Source: Flavobacteriaceae bacterium (lineage in GTDB: Bacteria > Bacteroidota > Bacteroidia > Flavobacteriales > Flavobacteriaceae). Taken from it: 64,000 nt of DNA. The position numbers and the translations under genes were made by a program. Of the stretch, positions 8,451-18,111 are shown piece after piece. How positions within the stretch are numbered: the first letter of the stretch is position 1; every line of letters starts with the position of its first letter. Where the stretch lies: assembly GCA_049595235.1 (NCBI GenBank), contig JBMYKI010000002.1, positions 1,691 to 65,690 of the forward strand. The letters are read 5' to 3'. The notes under the pieces were generated by a model. That model was not told where the DNA came from and did no database searches. It was given only the letters and a program-made list of their open reading frames with translations.

Positions 8451-9007
8451 AAGTAATCGTCATTGACAACTACGACTCCTTTACCTATAACTTGGTACAC
8501 TATCTCGAAGACTTGGGCTGTACGGTCACAGTCAAACGTAATGATCAGCTCACAATAGAATATATAGAGCCGTTCGACAAGATAGTTTTGTCTCCCGGGC
8601 CAGGAATTCCTGATGAAGCCGGATTGCTCAAACCTATTATTGAAGCTTATGCCAAGACAAAGCCCATTTTAGGCGTCTGCCTGGGGCATCAGGCCATAGG
8701 AGAAGTATTTGGAGGCACTTTGGTTAACCTAGACAAAGTATATCACGGGGTCGCTACCCCTGTAGAGGTCGTTCAAGATGATCCAATCTTTCAAGGGTTG
8801 GGCAAGTCCTTTGAGGTGGGGCGTTATCACTCTTGGGTGGTTCAAGCACCACTTCCTGAAGAATTGGTCTTGCTGGCGCAAGAAAGTAATGGTCAAGTTA
8901 TGGCGATGCGCCATAAGAGTTATGACTTATATGGCGTTCAATTTCACCCCGAATCCATACTGAGCCCCAACGGAAAACAATTGTTAAACAACTGGTTAAA
9001 CCTCTAG
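8447..9007 (+). CDS. trpG: anthranilate synthase component II (glutamine amidotransferase)
   Basis: GATase-1 motifs (GVCLGHQ, FHPES). ATGA overlap with trpE. Confidence 0.9.
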   Translation: MKVIVIDNYDSFTYNLVHYLEDLGCTVTVKRNDQLTIEYIEPFDKIVLSPGPGIPDEAGLLKPIIEAYAKTKPILGVCLGHQAIGEVFGGTLVNLDKVYHGVATPVEVVQDDPIFQGLGKSFEVGRYHSWVVQAPLPEELVLLAQESNGQVMAMRHKSYDLYGVQFHPESILSPNGKQLLNNWLNL

Positions 9008-9008
9008 T

Positions 9009-10001
9009 ATGAAAGCTGTTTTAGAAAAACTCATTCAATATGAAACCTTGACCCAAGCAGAAGCCAAATCCGTGCTATTGGACATCGGGCAGGGGCAATG
9101 CAACAGCCATCAAATTGCCGCTTTTTTGACCACATATATGATGCGAACAGTCACGGTAGAAGAACTTTCAGGTTTTCGTGCTGCCCTTTTGGATTTGTGT
9201 GTGGCCATTGACCTGAGCGATTATAACCCGATTGACCTTTGCGGAACTGGAGGCGATGGAAAAGACACTTTTAATATCTCTACTTTGGCATCATTTGTCA
9301 CGGCAGGTGCTGGGGTTAAGGTAGCCAAACACGGCAATTATGGTGTGTCCTCATCATGCGGTTCGAGCAATGTCATGGAATATTTAGGGGTCAAATTCTC
9401 TAACGAAAAGACCTTTTTAGAACAGTGCATAGACCAAGCAGGGATTTGTGTTTTACATGCCCCTCTTTTTCATCCTGCTATGAAACATGTAGCGCCCGTT
9501 CGTCGTGATCTTGGATTGAAAACGTTTTTTAATATGTTGGGACCATTGGTCAATCCTGCCTTTCCAAAACATCAAATGGTAGGTGTATTCAGTCTAGAAT
9601 TATTGCGCATCTATAGCTATCTATTGGAGGAAACTGACCAACGCTATAGCATCATCCATGCATTGGACGGATATGATGAAATATCCCTTACCGGTGAAGC
9701 AAAAATTGCTTCGAATGGAGACACCTATATGGTTGATGCAAATACATTTGGATTGACACCCTTGAAAGCTTCAGAGATTGGAGGTGGTGAGTCTGTTGAA
9801 GATGCTGCGCAGATTTTTATAAATGTGCTTTCAAACCAAAGCACCCCAGCACAACGACAGGTAGTATGTGCCAATGCGGCGGTGGCGATTTCTACTGCCA
9901 AAGAAATTTCTTTGCAAGATGGGTTTGCTACAGCTGAAGAATCTCTGGATTCTGGTCGTGCTTTGCTAGCATTACAATCCCTTCAAAAACTCAGTGCCTG
10001 A
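9009..10001 (+). CDS. trpD: anthranilate phosphoribosyltransferase
   Basis: TrpD motifs (CGTGGDG, KHGN). Confidence 0.95.
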   Translation: MKAVLEKLIQYETLTQAEAKSVLLDIGQGQCNSHQIAAFLTTYMMRTVTVEELSGFRAALLDLCVAIDLSDYNPIDLCGTGGDGKDTFNISTLASFVTAGAGVKVAKHGNYGVSSSCGSSNVMEYLGVKFSNEKTFLEQCIDQAGICVLHAPLFHPAMKHVAPVRRDLGLKTFFNMLGPLVNPAFPKHQMVGVFSLELLRIYSYLLEETDQRYSIIHALDGYDEISLTGEAKIASNGDTYMVDANTFGLTPLKASEIGGGESVEDAAQIFINVLSNQSTPAQRQVVCANAAVAISTAKEISLQDGFATAEESLDSGRALLALQSLQKLSA

Positions 10002-10786
10002 TGAATATTCTTGAAAAAATAGTTGCTGACATACGAAAAGACCTAGGCTACAAAAAGGCGTTGGTTTCTCATTCTGATTTGGAAGCCATGCCGCTTTTTA
10101 ATCGAACAACCCTGTCATTGAGCCAGTCAATTCGCAATTCTTCCACAGGTATCATTGCCGAACACAAACGGCGATCGCCTTCCAAACCGCACATCAATTT
10201 TGGTTTACGGCTGACCGACGTCGCCCAAGGCTATCAACAAGGGGGTGTTTCAGGCATGTCCGTACTGACCAATACGCAATATTTTGGTGGCTCTTTAGAA
10301 GACCTATCCCTAGCGCGTGCTGCCTGTGATCTGCCTTTGCTGCGCAAAGAATTTATTGTGGACGAGTATCAAATTTTAGAAGCCAAGGCCCACGGGGCAG
10401 ATGCTGTTTTACTGATTGCTGCTTGTTTGGAACGGGAGGAAATCAAACAGCTTTCTGTTTTCGCGCAATCTTTAGGGCTGGAAGTATTGCTAGAGGTTCA
10501 TAATCGTGCGGAACTGGATAAATCCTTAATGCCTTCTCTGAATTTGTTGGGCGTTAACAACCGTGATCTTACCAGCTTTTCTGTCAGTTTAGAGACCAGT
10601 AAAACTTTGGCCGAGCTTATACCAAACGAATTTATAAAAGTATCAGAAAGTGGTATTGGTACCCCCGATGCCGTCCGTGACCTAAAAGGCTTTGGCTATC
10701 AAGCTTTTTTGATGGGTGAACATTTTATGAAAACCAACGATCCAGGCGTAGCCGCCGCGGATTTTATAAAGACAATCATGCAATGA
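10001..10786 (+). CDS. trpC: indole-3-glycerol phosphate synthase
   Basis: IAEHKRRSPSK and LRKEFI motifs. TGATG overlap with trpD. Confidence 0.95.
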   Translation: MNILEKIVADIRKDLGYKKALVSHSDLEAMPLFNRTTLSLSQSIRNSSTGIIAEHKRRSPSKPHINFGLRLTDVAQGYQQGGVSGMSVLTNTQYFGGSLEDLSLARAACDLPLLRKEFIVDEYQILEAKAHGADAVLLIAACLEREEIKQLSVFAQSLGLEVLLEVHNRAELDKSLMPSLNLLGVNNRDLTSFSVSLETSKTLAELIPNEFIKVSESGIGTPDAVRDLKGFGYQAFLMGEHFMKTNDPGVAAADFIKTIMQ

Positions 10787-10872
10787 AACACCCATGATTA
10801 ATTCTAAATCGCACAGCGGAATGATAATTTGGATGTTCCATGTGGCCATTGAAAAAAAATAAATATTAACAC

Positions 10873-11484
10873 ATGAAACTAAAAGTATGTGGTATGCGTG
10901 AGGCGCAAAATGTAAAAGCACTATCCGCTCTAAAACCGGATTATATGGGTTTTATCTTTTGGGAACCTTCCAAACGCTACTGCCAAGAAGTCCCTAAAAA
11001 CATTCCTGACCACATTCAGAAAGTAGGGGTATTTGTAGATGCTACTTTGGAAAAAATCGAAACGACCATTTCGCTAAATAATTTACAGGCTGTACAGCTA
11101 CACGGAGAGGAAACACCTACGTTCTGTCAATCTCTTTTTTCACAAACCCAAGTCATCAAAGCTTTCCGAATTGGACCCGATTTTGATTTTTCTTGCCTGA
11201 GAGACTATCAGCCCCATTGTCATTATTTTTTGTTTGATACCCAAGGCCCTTTACCTGGGGGAAATGGAACAGCGTTTGACTGGCGTTTGCTCGAAAAATA
11301 TACCCTCGACCACCCTTTTTTCTTAAGTGGGGGTATTGGTTTGGAAAGTGTTGAAAAGATTACCGAAATTCGCCGCAGTGGTTTACCCATACATGCGTTG
11401 GATATCAACAGTAAGTTTGAACTAGCCGCAGCGCAAAAAGATATTAGTGAAATAGAATTGTTTAAAGAAAAATTAGCATTATGA
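10873..11484 (+). CDS. trpF: phosphoribosylanthranilate isomerase
   Basis: MKLKVCGM start and TrpF-like TIM barrel sequence. Confidence 0.9.
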   Translation: MKLKVCGMREAQNVKALSALKPDYMGFIFWEPSKRYCQEVPKNIPDHIQKVGVFVDATLEKIETTISLNNLQAVQLHGEETPTFCQSLFSQTQVIKAFRIGPDFDFSCLRDYQPHCHYFLFDTQGPLPGGNGTAFDWRLLEKYTLDHPFFLSGGIGLESVEKITEIRRSGLPIHALDINSKFELAAAQKDISEIELFKEKLAL

Positions 11485-12662
11485 GTTATCACGTAAACGA
11501 AAAGGGGTATTACGGAGATTTTGGGGGTGCGTACATACCCGAAATGTTGTACCCCAACGTGGAGGAGTTACGCCAAAACTATTTGGCCATCACAGCAAGT
11601 CCAGATTTTCACAAAGAATTCAATGCGTTATTACGCGACTACGTAGGCCGTCCCACCCCACTCTATTTTGCAGAGCGGCTTTCAGAAAGATACCATACTA
11701 AAATTTACCTCAAACGTGAGGATCTATGCCACACGGGGGCTCACAAAATCAACAACACCATAGGGCAGATTTTACTCGCCAAGCGCTTGGGCAAAAACCG
11801 CATCATTGCCGAAACAGGTGCTGGGCAACACGGAGTGGCAACCGCTACGGTTTGCGCTTTGATGGGCATTCAGTGTGTGGTCTATATGGGTGAGTTAGAC
11901 ATTCAGCGCCAAGCACCTAACGTAGCTCGAATGAAAATGCTAGGTGCTGAAGTTAGGGCGGCTCAATCGGGTAGTAAAACACTCAAAGACGCCACCAACG
12001 AGGCAATACGTGACTGGATTAACAATCCTGTAGACACGCATTACATCATCGGATCTGTGGTAGGCCCTCACCCTTATCCAGACATGGTGGCACGATTTCA
12101 GGCTGTGATTAGTGAAGAATGTAAAAGTCAGCTATTAGAGGTCGAAGGTCGTGACTACCCCGACCATGTAATAGCCTGCGTAGGAGGAGGTAGCAATGCT
12201 GCAGGCCTATATTATCATTATTTAGATGACAAACGCGTCAATATTATCGCCGTAGAGGCTGCAGGAAAAGGCATCGATTCGGGAGAAAGTGCAGCAACCT
12301 CGGCTTTGGGAAAAGAAGGCATCATTCATGGCAGCAAAACGCTGTTGATGCAAACCGATGATGGACAGATTACAGAGCCTTACTCTATTTCTGCGGGACT
12401 GGACTATCCTGGAGTAGGCCCTATGCATGCCCATTTGTATCGCAGCAAACGTGCAGAATTTATCTCTATTCCAGATCAAGAAGCCATGGATTGGGGGCTA
12501 ACTCTTTCGCAGATGGAGGGCATTATACCTGCTATAGAAACCGCCCATGCCTTTGCCGTTTTGGATGAAAGGTCATTTGGGAAAGACGAAATCGTGTTGT
12601 TTAATTGTTCGGGGCGAGGTGATAAAGACTTGGCTACCTACATAGATTATTTTAAGTTATAA
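11481..12662 (+). CDS. trpB: tryptophan synthase beta chain
   Basis: LCHTGAHKINN PLP-lysine motif and GGGSNA. ATGA overlap with trpF. Confidence 0.95.
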   Translation: MSYHVNEKGYYGDFGGAYIPEMLYPNVEELRQNYLAITASPDFHKEFNALLRDYVGRPTPLYFAERLSERYHTKIYLKREDLCHTGAHKINNTIGQILLAKRLGKNRIIAETGAGQHGVATATVCALMGIQCVVYMGELDIQRQAPNVARMKMLGAEVRAAQSGSKTLKDATNEAIRDWINNPVDTHYIIGSVVGPHPYPDMVARFQAVISEECKSQLLEVEGRDYPDHVIACVGGGSNAAGLYYHYLDDKRVNIIAVEAAGKGIDSGESAATSALGKEGIIHGSKTLLMQTDDGQITEPYSISAGLDYPGVGPMHAHLYRSKRAEFISIPDQEAMDWGLTLSQMEGIIPAIETAHAFAVLDERSFGKDEIVLFNCSGRGDKDLATYIDYFKL

Positions 12663-13423
12663 TGAACCGAATTACACAAACTTTGGCCAAAGACAAAAAA
12701 CTTTTGTCAATCTATTTTACTGCTGGATTTCCAGAACTAGAAGACACCCTTACTGTGCTAGAACAGCTCCAGGAAGCCGGCGTCGATATGATCGAATTGG
12801 GATTGCCGTTTTCTGATCCATTGGCAGATGGGCCCACCATTCAAGAAAGTTCTACCCAAGCCCTTCGCAACGGTATGACTACCGAAAAGTTGTTTTCACA
12901 ATTAGAGAGCGTGCGCGACAAAATTCATATCCCACTCATTGTTATGGGATATTTTAACCCCATGATGCAATATGGTGTGGCGCGCTTTTGCCAACGTTGT
13001 CAAGAGGTAGGAATTGACGGTTTGATTATACCCGACCTTCCAGTAGATGTGTATCACGAACAATACCAGACGATCTTCCAAAAACATGGCTTGATGAATA
13101 TGTTTTTGATTACACCTCAAACTCCAGATGCGCGTATTCGTTATATAGACAAAGTATCTGAAGGATTTATTTACATGGTAAGTAGTGCTGCTACTACAGG
13201 TGCCAAAAGCAGCTTTGGCGACACCCAAGAAGCCTATTTTAAACGTATCGCAGGCATGGGACTTCAATCAAAACTATTGGTGGGTTTTGGAATAAGCAAT
13301 GCCACCACTTATCAAGCAGCGATAGCACATAGCAAAGGTGCAATTATAGGTTCGGCTTTTATAAAGCATCTAAAAACTCACGGAGCCGATAGGGTGGCGG
13401 ATTTTGTAAAAAAGATTAGATAA
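12662..13423 (+). CDS. trpA: tryptophan synthase alpha chain
   Basis: ELGLPFSDPLADGPTIQ motif. TAATG overlap with trpB. Confidence 0.95.
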   Translation: MNRITQTLAKDKKLLSIYFTAGFPELEDTLTVLEQLQEAGVDMIELGLPFSDPLADGPTIQESSTQALRNGMTTEKLFSQLESVRDKIHIPLIVMGYFNPMMQYGVARFCQRCQEVGIDGLIIPDLPVDVYHEQYQTIFQKHGLMNMFLITPQTPDARIRYIDKVSEGFIYMVSSAATTGAKSSFGDTQEAYFKRIAGMGLQSKLLVGFGISNATTYQAAIAHSKGAIIGSAFIKHLKTHGADRVADFVKKIR

Positions 13424-13502
13424 CCTACTCCATACTTTATCGCTAAAACCTTGAAATGGTTTGTTTAGGATTTACTAATTTTAAACAACCAAATCACAAC
13501 CC

Positions 13503-13598
13503 ATGGGCAAAGGCGATAAAAAAACACGCCGTGGCAAAATCGTAAACGGCAGCTTTGGTGTACGAAGGCCACGTATCAAAAAAAAGAAAAAACGTTAG
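13503..13598 (+). CDS. 30S ribosomal protein bTHX (31 aa)
   Basis: Own translation: MGKGDKKTRRGKIVNGSFGVRRPRIKKKKKR, matching the MGKGDxKxxRGK pattern of THX. Below the ORF-track cutoff. Confidence 0.75.
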   Translation: MGKGDKKTRRGKIVNGSFGVRRPRIKKKKKR

Positions 13599-14356
13599 CG
13601 TATAAATACGGGCGCACTTTCGTGAGTCGTGTGCTCAGCACTGTATGCATAACCATTTTCAGCAAACCCTAAAAGATCTGATGTGTCTTGGGCATTGCTG
13701 TCAATGAGATATCGTGCCATAAGACCTCTCGCTTTTTTAGCAAAGAAGGAGATAATCTTGAGTTGCCCGTTTTTGAAGTCTTTAAACACAGGAGAAACCA
13801 CTTCTGCTTTGAGGGACGTAAGATCCACTGCCGAGGCATATTCTTTGCTGGCAAGATTCACCACCAATTCATCTTTTTGCAGTTCCTTATTGAGTTGATT
13901 TGTAAGGGTGGATTTCCAAAACTCATATAAGTTTTTACTACCATTGGTTCCAAAAGCAGTCCCCATTTCCAATCTGTAGGGCTGCATAAGATCAAAAGGT
14001 TTGAGGATGCCATAAAGGCCTGACAAAATACGTAAGCTATCATTAAGGGTGTCCCAATGTTTTTCATTAATACTGTACGCATCAAGGCCGCTGTAGACAT
14101 CTCCATCAAAAGCATAGACCGCTGGGCGGGCATTTTCAGAGGTAAAAGGGAACGAAAAAGCTTGGTTTCGGGTCCAATTGAGATCGGCTAATTTTTGAGA
14201 AATTCCCATCAATTTTTGGAGTTCAGCTGGTTTTTTCAATCGTAAACTCGCATTGAGTTGCTGGGCTTGTTCGACAAAAACGGGTTGGCTGCAGTGTGCA
14301 TGAGGCAAGGGTCGCTCATAGTTGAGTGACTTTGCAGGGGATACCAATATCTTCAT
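13595..14356 (-). CDS. yaaA: peroxide stress protein YaaA (DUF328)
   Basis: MKILVSPAKSL N-terminus. The ORF-track TTG at 14374 lies inside the -7 box, so I prefer the ATG at 14356. Confidence 0.85.
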   Translation of the reverse strand: MKILVSPAKSLNYERPLPHAHCSQPVFVEQAQQLNASLRLKKPAELQKLMGISQKLADLNWTRNQAFSFPFTSENARPAVYAFDGDVYSGLDAYSINEKHWDTLNDSLRILSGLYGILKPFDLMQPYRLEMGTAFGTNGSKNLYEFWKSTLTNQLNKELQKDELVVNLASKEYASAVDLTSLKAEVVSPVFKDFKNGQLKIISFFAKKARGLMARYLIDSNAQDTSDLLGFAENGYAYSAEHTTHESAPVFIR

Positions 14357-14371
14357 AAAAATGCTTTTACC

Positions 14372-14379
14372 CAAAAATA
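14372..14379 (-). promoter_or_regulatory. -7 box TATTTTTG for yaaA
   Basis: Perfect TAnnTTTG on the minus strand, 15 nt upstream of the ATG at 14356. Confidence 0.4.
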
Positions 14380-14442
14380 TAAAGGCTTTTTGTTACTGGC
14401 AAATGCTTCATATTCAAACTATTGATTCCGCTATTGAGCGTA

Positions 14443-15462
14443 TCAATCAATACGATGCTTGGCATAGTGACGCCATTTGTCGACAGCTGCGACAAAATCT
14501 TGCGGCAATTCGGACTGAAACTGCATTTTCTCACCACTTTCAGGATGCGTAAACCCGAGCGTTTGTGCATGAAGTGCTTGCCGGGGCAAGACTTTAAAGC
14601 AATTTTCAACAAACTGTTTGTATTTGGTAAAAGTAGTGCCTTTTAAAATTTTATCCCCTCCGTAGCGCATGTCATTAAACAAGGGGTGTCCGATGTGTTT
14701 CATATGGGCACGAATTTGATGTGTACGACCTGTTTCCAGGCGACATTGCACCAAAGTCACATACCCAAATCGCTCCACAACTTCGTAGTGAGTTACGGCC
14801 TCTTTGCCCTGATCTCCTTCTGGAAACACAGTCATCAAAAGTCTGTTTTTAGGATCGCGGCCCAAATGCCCCACTACTGTCCCCTTATCATCTGTGGGAT
14901 CGCCCCACACCAATGCCAAATAGCTGCGTTCAGAGGTTTTATCAAAAAACTGTTGGGCCAAGTGCGCCATCGCATATTCGGTTTTGGCCACCACCAACAG
15001 ACCGCTGGTGTCTTTGTCTATGCGATGCACCAATCCAGGGCGCTCATTGCGGTTTGTGGGCAAGTTATCAAAGTGATAAATCAGACCATTGAGCAAAGTT
15101 CCGCTGTAGTTTCCATGACCAGGATGTACCACCAAGCCTGCAGGCTTGTCAACCACAATGAGTGAATCGTCTTCGTAAACGATACATAAAGGTATGTCTT
15201 CACCCACTAAAAGATTCTCATGTGGCGGATGAGCAAAAAGCACCTTAACTGTGTCACCCCCTTTGACTTTATAATTTGATTTTACTGCCGTACCATTGAC
15301 ATGTACACTGCCCGCTTTGGCAGCTTGCTGAATTTTGTTTCTGGTGGCATTCTCGATGCGATTCATCAAAAATTTATCCACACGAAGAGGTGTTTGACCC
15401 GTATCTGCCATGAAAGAAAAATGCTCATAGAGCGCATCGTCAAAAGCCTTATTATCCATCAT
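14443..15462 (-). CDS. rluD: RluA/RluD-family 23S rRNA pseudouridine synthase
   Basis: S4 domain followed by a HRIDKDTSGLL catalytic motif. Confidence 0.9.
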   Translation of the reverse strand: MMDNKAFDDALYEHFSFMADTGQTPLRVDKFLMNRIENATRNKIQQAAKAGSVHVNGTAVKSNYKVKGGDTVKVLFAHPPHENLLVGEDIPLCIVYEDDSLIVVDKPAGLVVHPGHGNYSGTLLNGLIYHFDNLPTNRNERPGLVHRIDKDTSGLLVVAKTEYAMAHLAQQFFDKTSERSYLALVWGDPTDDKGTVVGHLGRDPKNRLLMTVFPEGDQGKEAVTHYEVVERFGYVTLVQCRLETGRTHQIRAHMKHIGHPLFNDMRYGGDKILKGTTFTKYKQFVENCFKVLPRQALHAQTLGFTHPESGEKMQFQSELPQDFVAAVDKWRHYAKHRID

Positions 15463-16016
15463 TCTGGTGCTTTGCCATTGCCCAACACCAAGTCGATGCG
15501 GGAAGTTTTGGGAACTTTGGCACCAGGGACAATACCCTCACCATCCCATCGCAACTGTAACACCATGTCTTTGCCAATGTTGTCTCGGTAAGTGATTTCA
15601 CCAACTTCTAGTCCTACAGCACGGAGGGTTGAAGCGGCATTTCTGTAGGTAATCTGAATTACATCTGGTACAGAAATTTCTCGGTAATTGGATGGATTGA
15701 GTGTTAGGTATATTTTTCGGTCTTTTTTGACTTGCTCACCGGCCTTAGGCTGGTGTTCAATCACGGCAAAGGGTTTATAATTGGGGTTGTAATTGGCAGA
15801 GTCGATTACTTCGTATCGCAGATTGGCATCGTCCAGTATTTCCATGACCTGATCGATCGTTTGTTGGTTTAGGTCAGGAACTTCAATAAAGCGTCCTTGG
15901 CGCGTATGCCAACCCAAACCGTATAGTAGTATGACAAGGAAAATGGTCGCTATCAAGATTGCCTTAATGACCTGCTTGATAAAAGTCAAACTAAAGAAAA
16001 AGCGGAGCCACCCCAT
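15459..16016 (-). CDS. PASTA-domain membrane protein
   Basis: N-terminal TM segment plus repeated PASTA-like modules. ATG at 16016 chosen because a -7 box at 16034-16041 lies inside the longer ORF-track version. Confidence 0.7.
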   Translation of the reverse strand: MGWLRFFFSLTFIKQVIKAILIATIFLVILLYGLGWHTRQGRFIEVPDLNQQTIDQVMEILDDANLRYEVIDSANYNPNYKPFAVIEHQPKAGEQVKKDRKIYLTLNPSNYREISVPDVIQITYRNAASTLRAVGLEVGEITYRDNIGKDMVLQLRWDGEGIVPGAKVPKTSRIDLVLGNGKAPE

Positions 16017-16033
16017 AGTTGAAATTATTGATG

Positions 16034-16041
16034 CAAAGATA
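16034..16041 (-). promoter_or_regulatory. -7 box TATCTTTG for the PASTA-rluD operon
   Basis: Perfect TAnnTTTG on the minus strand, 17 nt upstream of the ATG at 16016. Confidence 0.4.
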
Positions 16042-16069
16042 ATAAAACCATTAGGGTGAAAATAAATGA

Positions 16070-16077
16070 TATTTTTG
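16070..16077 (+). promoter_or_regulatory. -7 box TATTTTTG, 4 nt before the ddl ATG (leaderless candidate)
   Basis: Sequence reads TATTTTTG-CAAT-ATG. Confidence 0.45.
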
Positions 16078-16081
16078 CAAT

Positions 16082-17044
16082 ATGAAGCCAAGAGTTGCAG
16101 TCATCATGGGGGGATATACTTCAGAATATGACATCTCTTTAAAGAGTGGTTCGGTGGTAGTTGAGCATCTAGATAAAAACAAGTTTATACCCTACGCTGT
16201 TCGCATCAGTAAGTCGGGTTGGACAGTGCAAGTTGACAACGACTGGATGCCTGTAGATCAAGCGCGTTTTGATTGTGGTGCGCTGACTTTTGACGTAGTA
16301 TTCAATGCGGTTCATGGTGCCCCGGGCGAGAACGGGGAACTACAAGCCTACTTCGATCATTTGGGCATCCCTTACACGGGTTGCTCGGCCGAAACATCCG
16401 CTTTGACTTATAACAAGAGTAAAACCCTAGACTATCTTCAACCTTTTGGTATTGCCATGGCGCAACGAATGGTACTTTCCAAAGGTCAGAATATTGACAC
16501 TGAAAGTATTGTTCAAACCGTTGGGTTGCCATGCTTTGTAAAAGCCAACCAAGCGGGGAGTAGTTTTGGGGTAAGTAAAGTGTATCATATTGATGAACTT
16601 TCTGGGGCCATTACAAAGGCATTTCAAGAAGACAATCATGTGTTGATAGAGTCCTTTTTAGATGGCACAGAGGTGTCTATTGGGGTATTGACATATGATG
16701 GTGAGGTACGGGTGCTGGCACCCACCGAAATTGTCAGCAGCTCTGATTTTTTTGATTATGCTGCCAAATACGAAGGTAAATCAGAGGAGATAACACCTGC
16801 ACGCCTTTCTGAAAAACAATTGAAAAACCTCAACCTAGCCGCTCTTAAAGTTTACACAACTTTGGGCATGAGAGGGTTCAGTCGGAGTGATTTTATTTTT
16901 CTGGGAGACACCCCTTATTTTTTAGAGATTAACACTGTACCAGGTCTGACAGAAGCTAGCTTACTTCCACAACAAGCCCGCCATGCTGGGATTCCCTTAA
17001 GCAGCCTATTTGAAGCTGCCATTCAAGAGGCCTTTAAAAAATAA
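16082..17044 (+). CDS. ddl: D-alanine--D-alanine ligase
   Basis: VAVIMGGYTSEYDISLKSG N-terminus and an ATP-grasp core. Confidence 0.95.
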   Translation: MKPRVAVIMGGYTSEYDISLKSGSVVVEHLDKNKFIPYAVRISKSGWTVQVDNDWMPVDQARFDCGALTFDVVFNAVHGAPGENGELQAYFDHLGIPYTGCSAETSALTYNKSKTLDYLQPFGIAMAQRMVLSKGQNIDTESIVQTVGLPCFVKANQAGSSFGVSKVYHIDELSGAITKAFQEDNHVLIESFLDGTEVSIGVLTYDGEVRVLAPTEIVSSSDFFDYAAKYEGKSEEITPARLSEKQLKNLNLAALKVYTTLGMRGFSRSDFIFLGDTPYFLEINTVPGLTEASLLPQQARHAGIPLSSLFEAAIQEAFKK

Positions 17045-17057
17045 ATACCTTTGCTTT

Positions 17058-17510
17058 ATGAAACGTGCGGTTTTTCCTGGATCATTTGACCCTTTTACAC
17101 TAGGGCATATGGACATTGTATTGCGTGGCACAACCATTTTTGATGAAATCATCATTGGGATAGGCGCCAATTCGGAAAAGCAGTATATGTTTTCGCTCGA
17201 GCAGCGCAAAGGTTTTATTGAAAAATGTTTTTCTAACCAGCCTCAAGTTCGTGTGGTTTCTTACAAAGGGATGACCATCGACTTTTGTCGTGAAATGGAG
17301 GCAAACTACATCCTAAGAGGCGTTCGCAATAATGGGGATTTTGAATTTGAAAAAGCCATTGCACGCACCAACAGAAAACTTTCTGAAATTGAAACCGTAT
17401 TCTTATTGACCTCTGCTCAAACTTCGTTTATAAGCAGCAGTATTGTAAGAGAAATTATTCGCAACCAAGGGGATTACACACAGCTTGTGCCTAACTGTGT
17501 TAGGATTTAA
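17058..17510 (+). CDS. coaD: phosphopantetheine adenylyltransferase
   Basis: MKRAVFPGSFDPFTLGH motif. The upstream part of the ORF-track ORF overlaps ddl. Confidence 0.9.
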   Translation: MKRAVFPGSFDPFTLGHMDIVLRGTTIFDEIIIGIGANSEKQYMFSLEQRKGFIEKCFSNQPQVRVVSYKGMTIDFCREMEANYILRGVRNNGDFEFEKAIARTNRKLSEIETVFLLTSAQTSFISSSIVREIIRNQGDYTQLVPNCVRI

Positions 17511-18111
17511 CTGCTATTTGAGCAAACAAGTGTTTGATGTTTGGATAGGTTTTTTCTATAGCTTTTTGGGTTTCGTTTTCACTTTTCCATACCGCTTTGG
17601 TAATATCCTCTTTGGTTTCAGGCTTTAAATCTCCTGTGTAACTGGAATTCATATAAAACCAAAAAGTCTCCTTGAGTTGGTAGATGTCATTTCGTTTAAA
17701 GATGTGGTAAGTCATTCCAGCAAGACCTTGAATTTTAAGTTTTTTGACGCCTGTTTCTTCTTTGACTTCACGCCTAGCACCCTCTTCAATCGTCTCTCCT
17801 CTATCGATTTTGCCTTTGGGTAAATCCCACTTGCCTTTTCTAAAAATAAAAAGCGTTTGACCTTGTGCATTTCTCACCAATCCACCTCCTGCTTGGGTAA
17901 CAGGTAATTTGGTTTTAAAATAATGCATAAGTGTTCGCTTATCGTTTCCGAGTAGAAAGATTTTTTTTGGGCTATGTTTTTGGAAGTAGTTTAAAATATC
18001 ACTAAAAGAGGTGTCCGAAAGGGGGAGCACGTGTGCATCGGGTGATTTGGGTTTTTTAGCAATCAAAACAATCCGTCTTGCATTGATAAAAACTTTATAC
18101 TTTTGCCCCAT
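17500..18111 (-). CDS. NUDIX hydrolase
   Basis: Nudix box GKIDRGETIEEGARREVKEETG. Confidence 0.8.
   Translation of the reverse strand: MGQKYKVFINARRIVLIAKKPKSPDAHVLPLSDTSFSDILNYFQKHSPKKIFLLGNDKRTLMHYFKTKLPVTQAGGGLVRNAQGQTLFIFRKGKWDLPKGKIDRGETIEEGARREVKEETGVKKLKIQGLAGMTYHIFKRNDIYQLKETFWFYMNSSYTGDLKPETKEDITKAVWKSENETQKAIEKTYPNIKHLFAQIAVKS
18098..18105 (+). promoter_or_regulatory. -7 box TACTTTTG, 4 nt before the pyrE ATG (leaderless candidate)
   Basis: Sequence reads TACTTTTG-CCCC-ATG. The box lies inside codons 3-5 of the divergent NUDIX gene. Confidence 0.45.

Noticed and set aside
10682-10921. A 79-aa minus-strand ORF spanning the trpC-trpF gap.
   Set aside because: It overlaps the ends of two well-supported trp genes in antisense and has no start context.
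14686-15165. A 159-aa plus-strand ORF inside rluD.
   Set aside because: It is antisense to the pseudouridine synthase catalytic domain.
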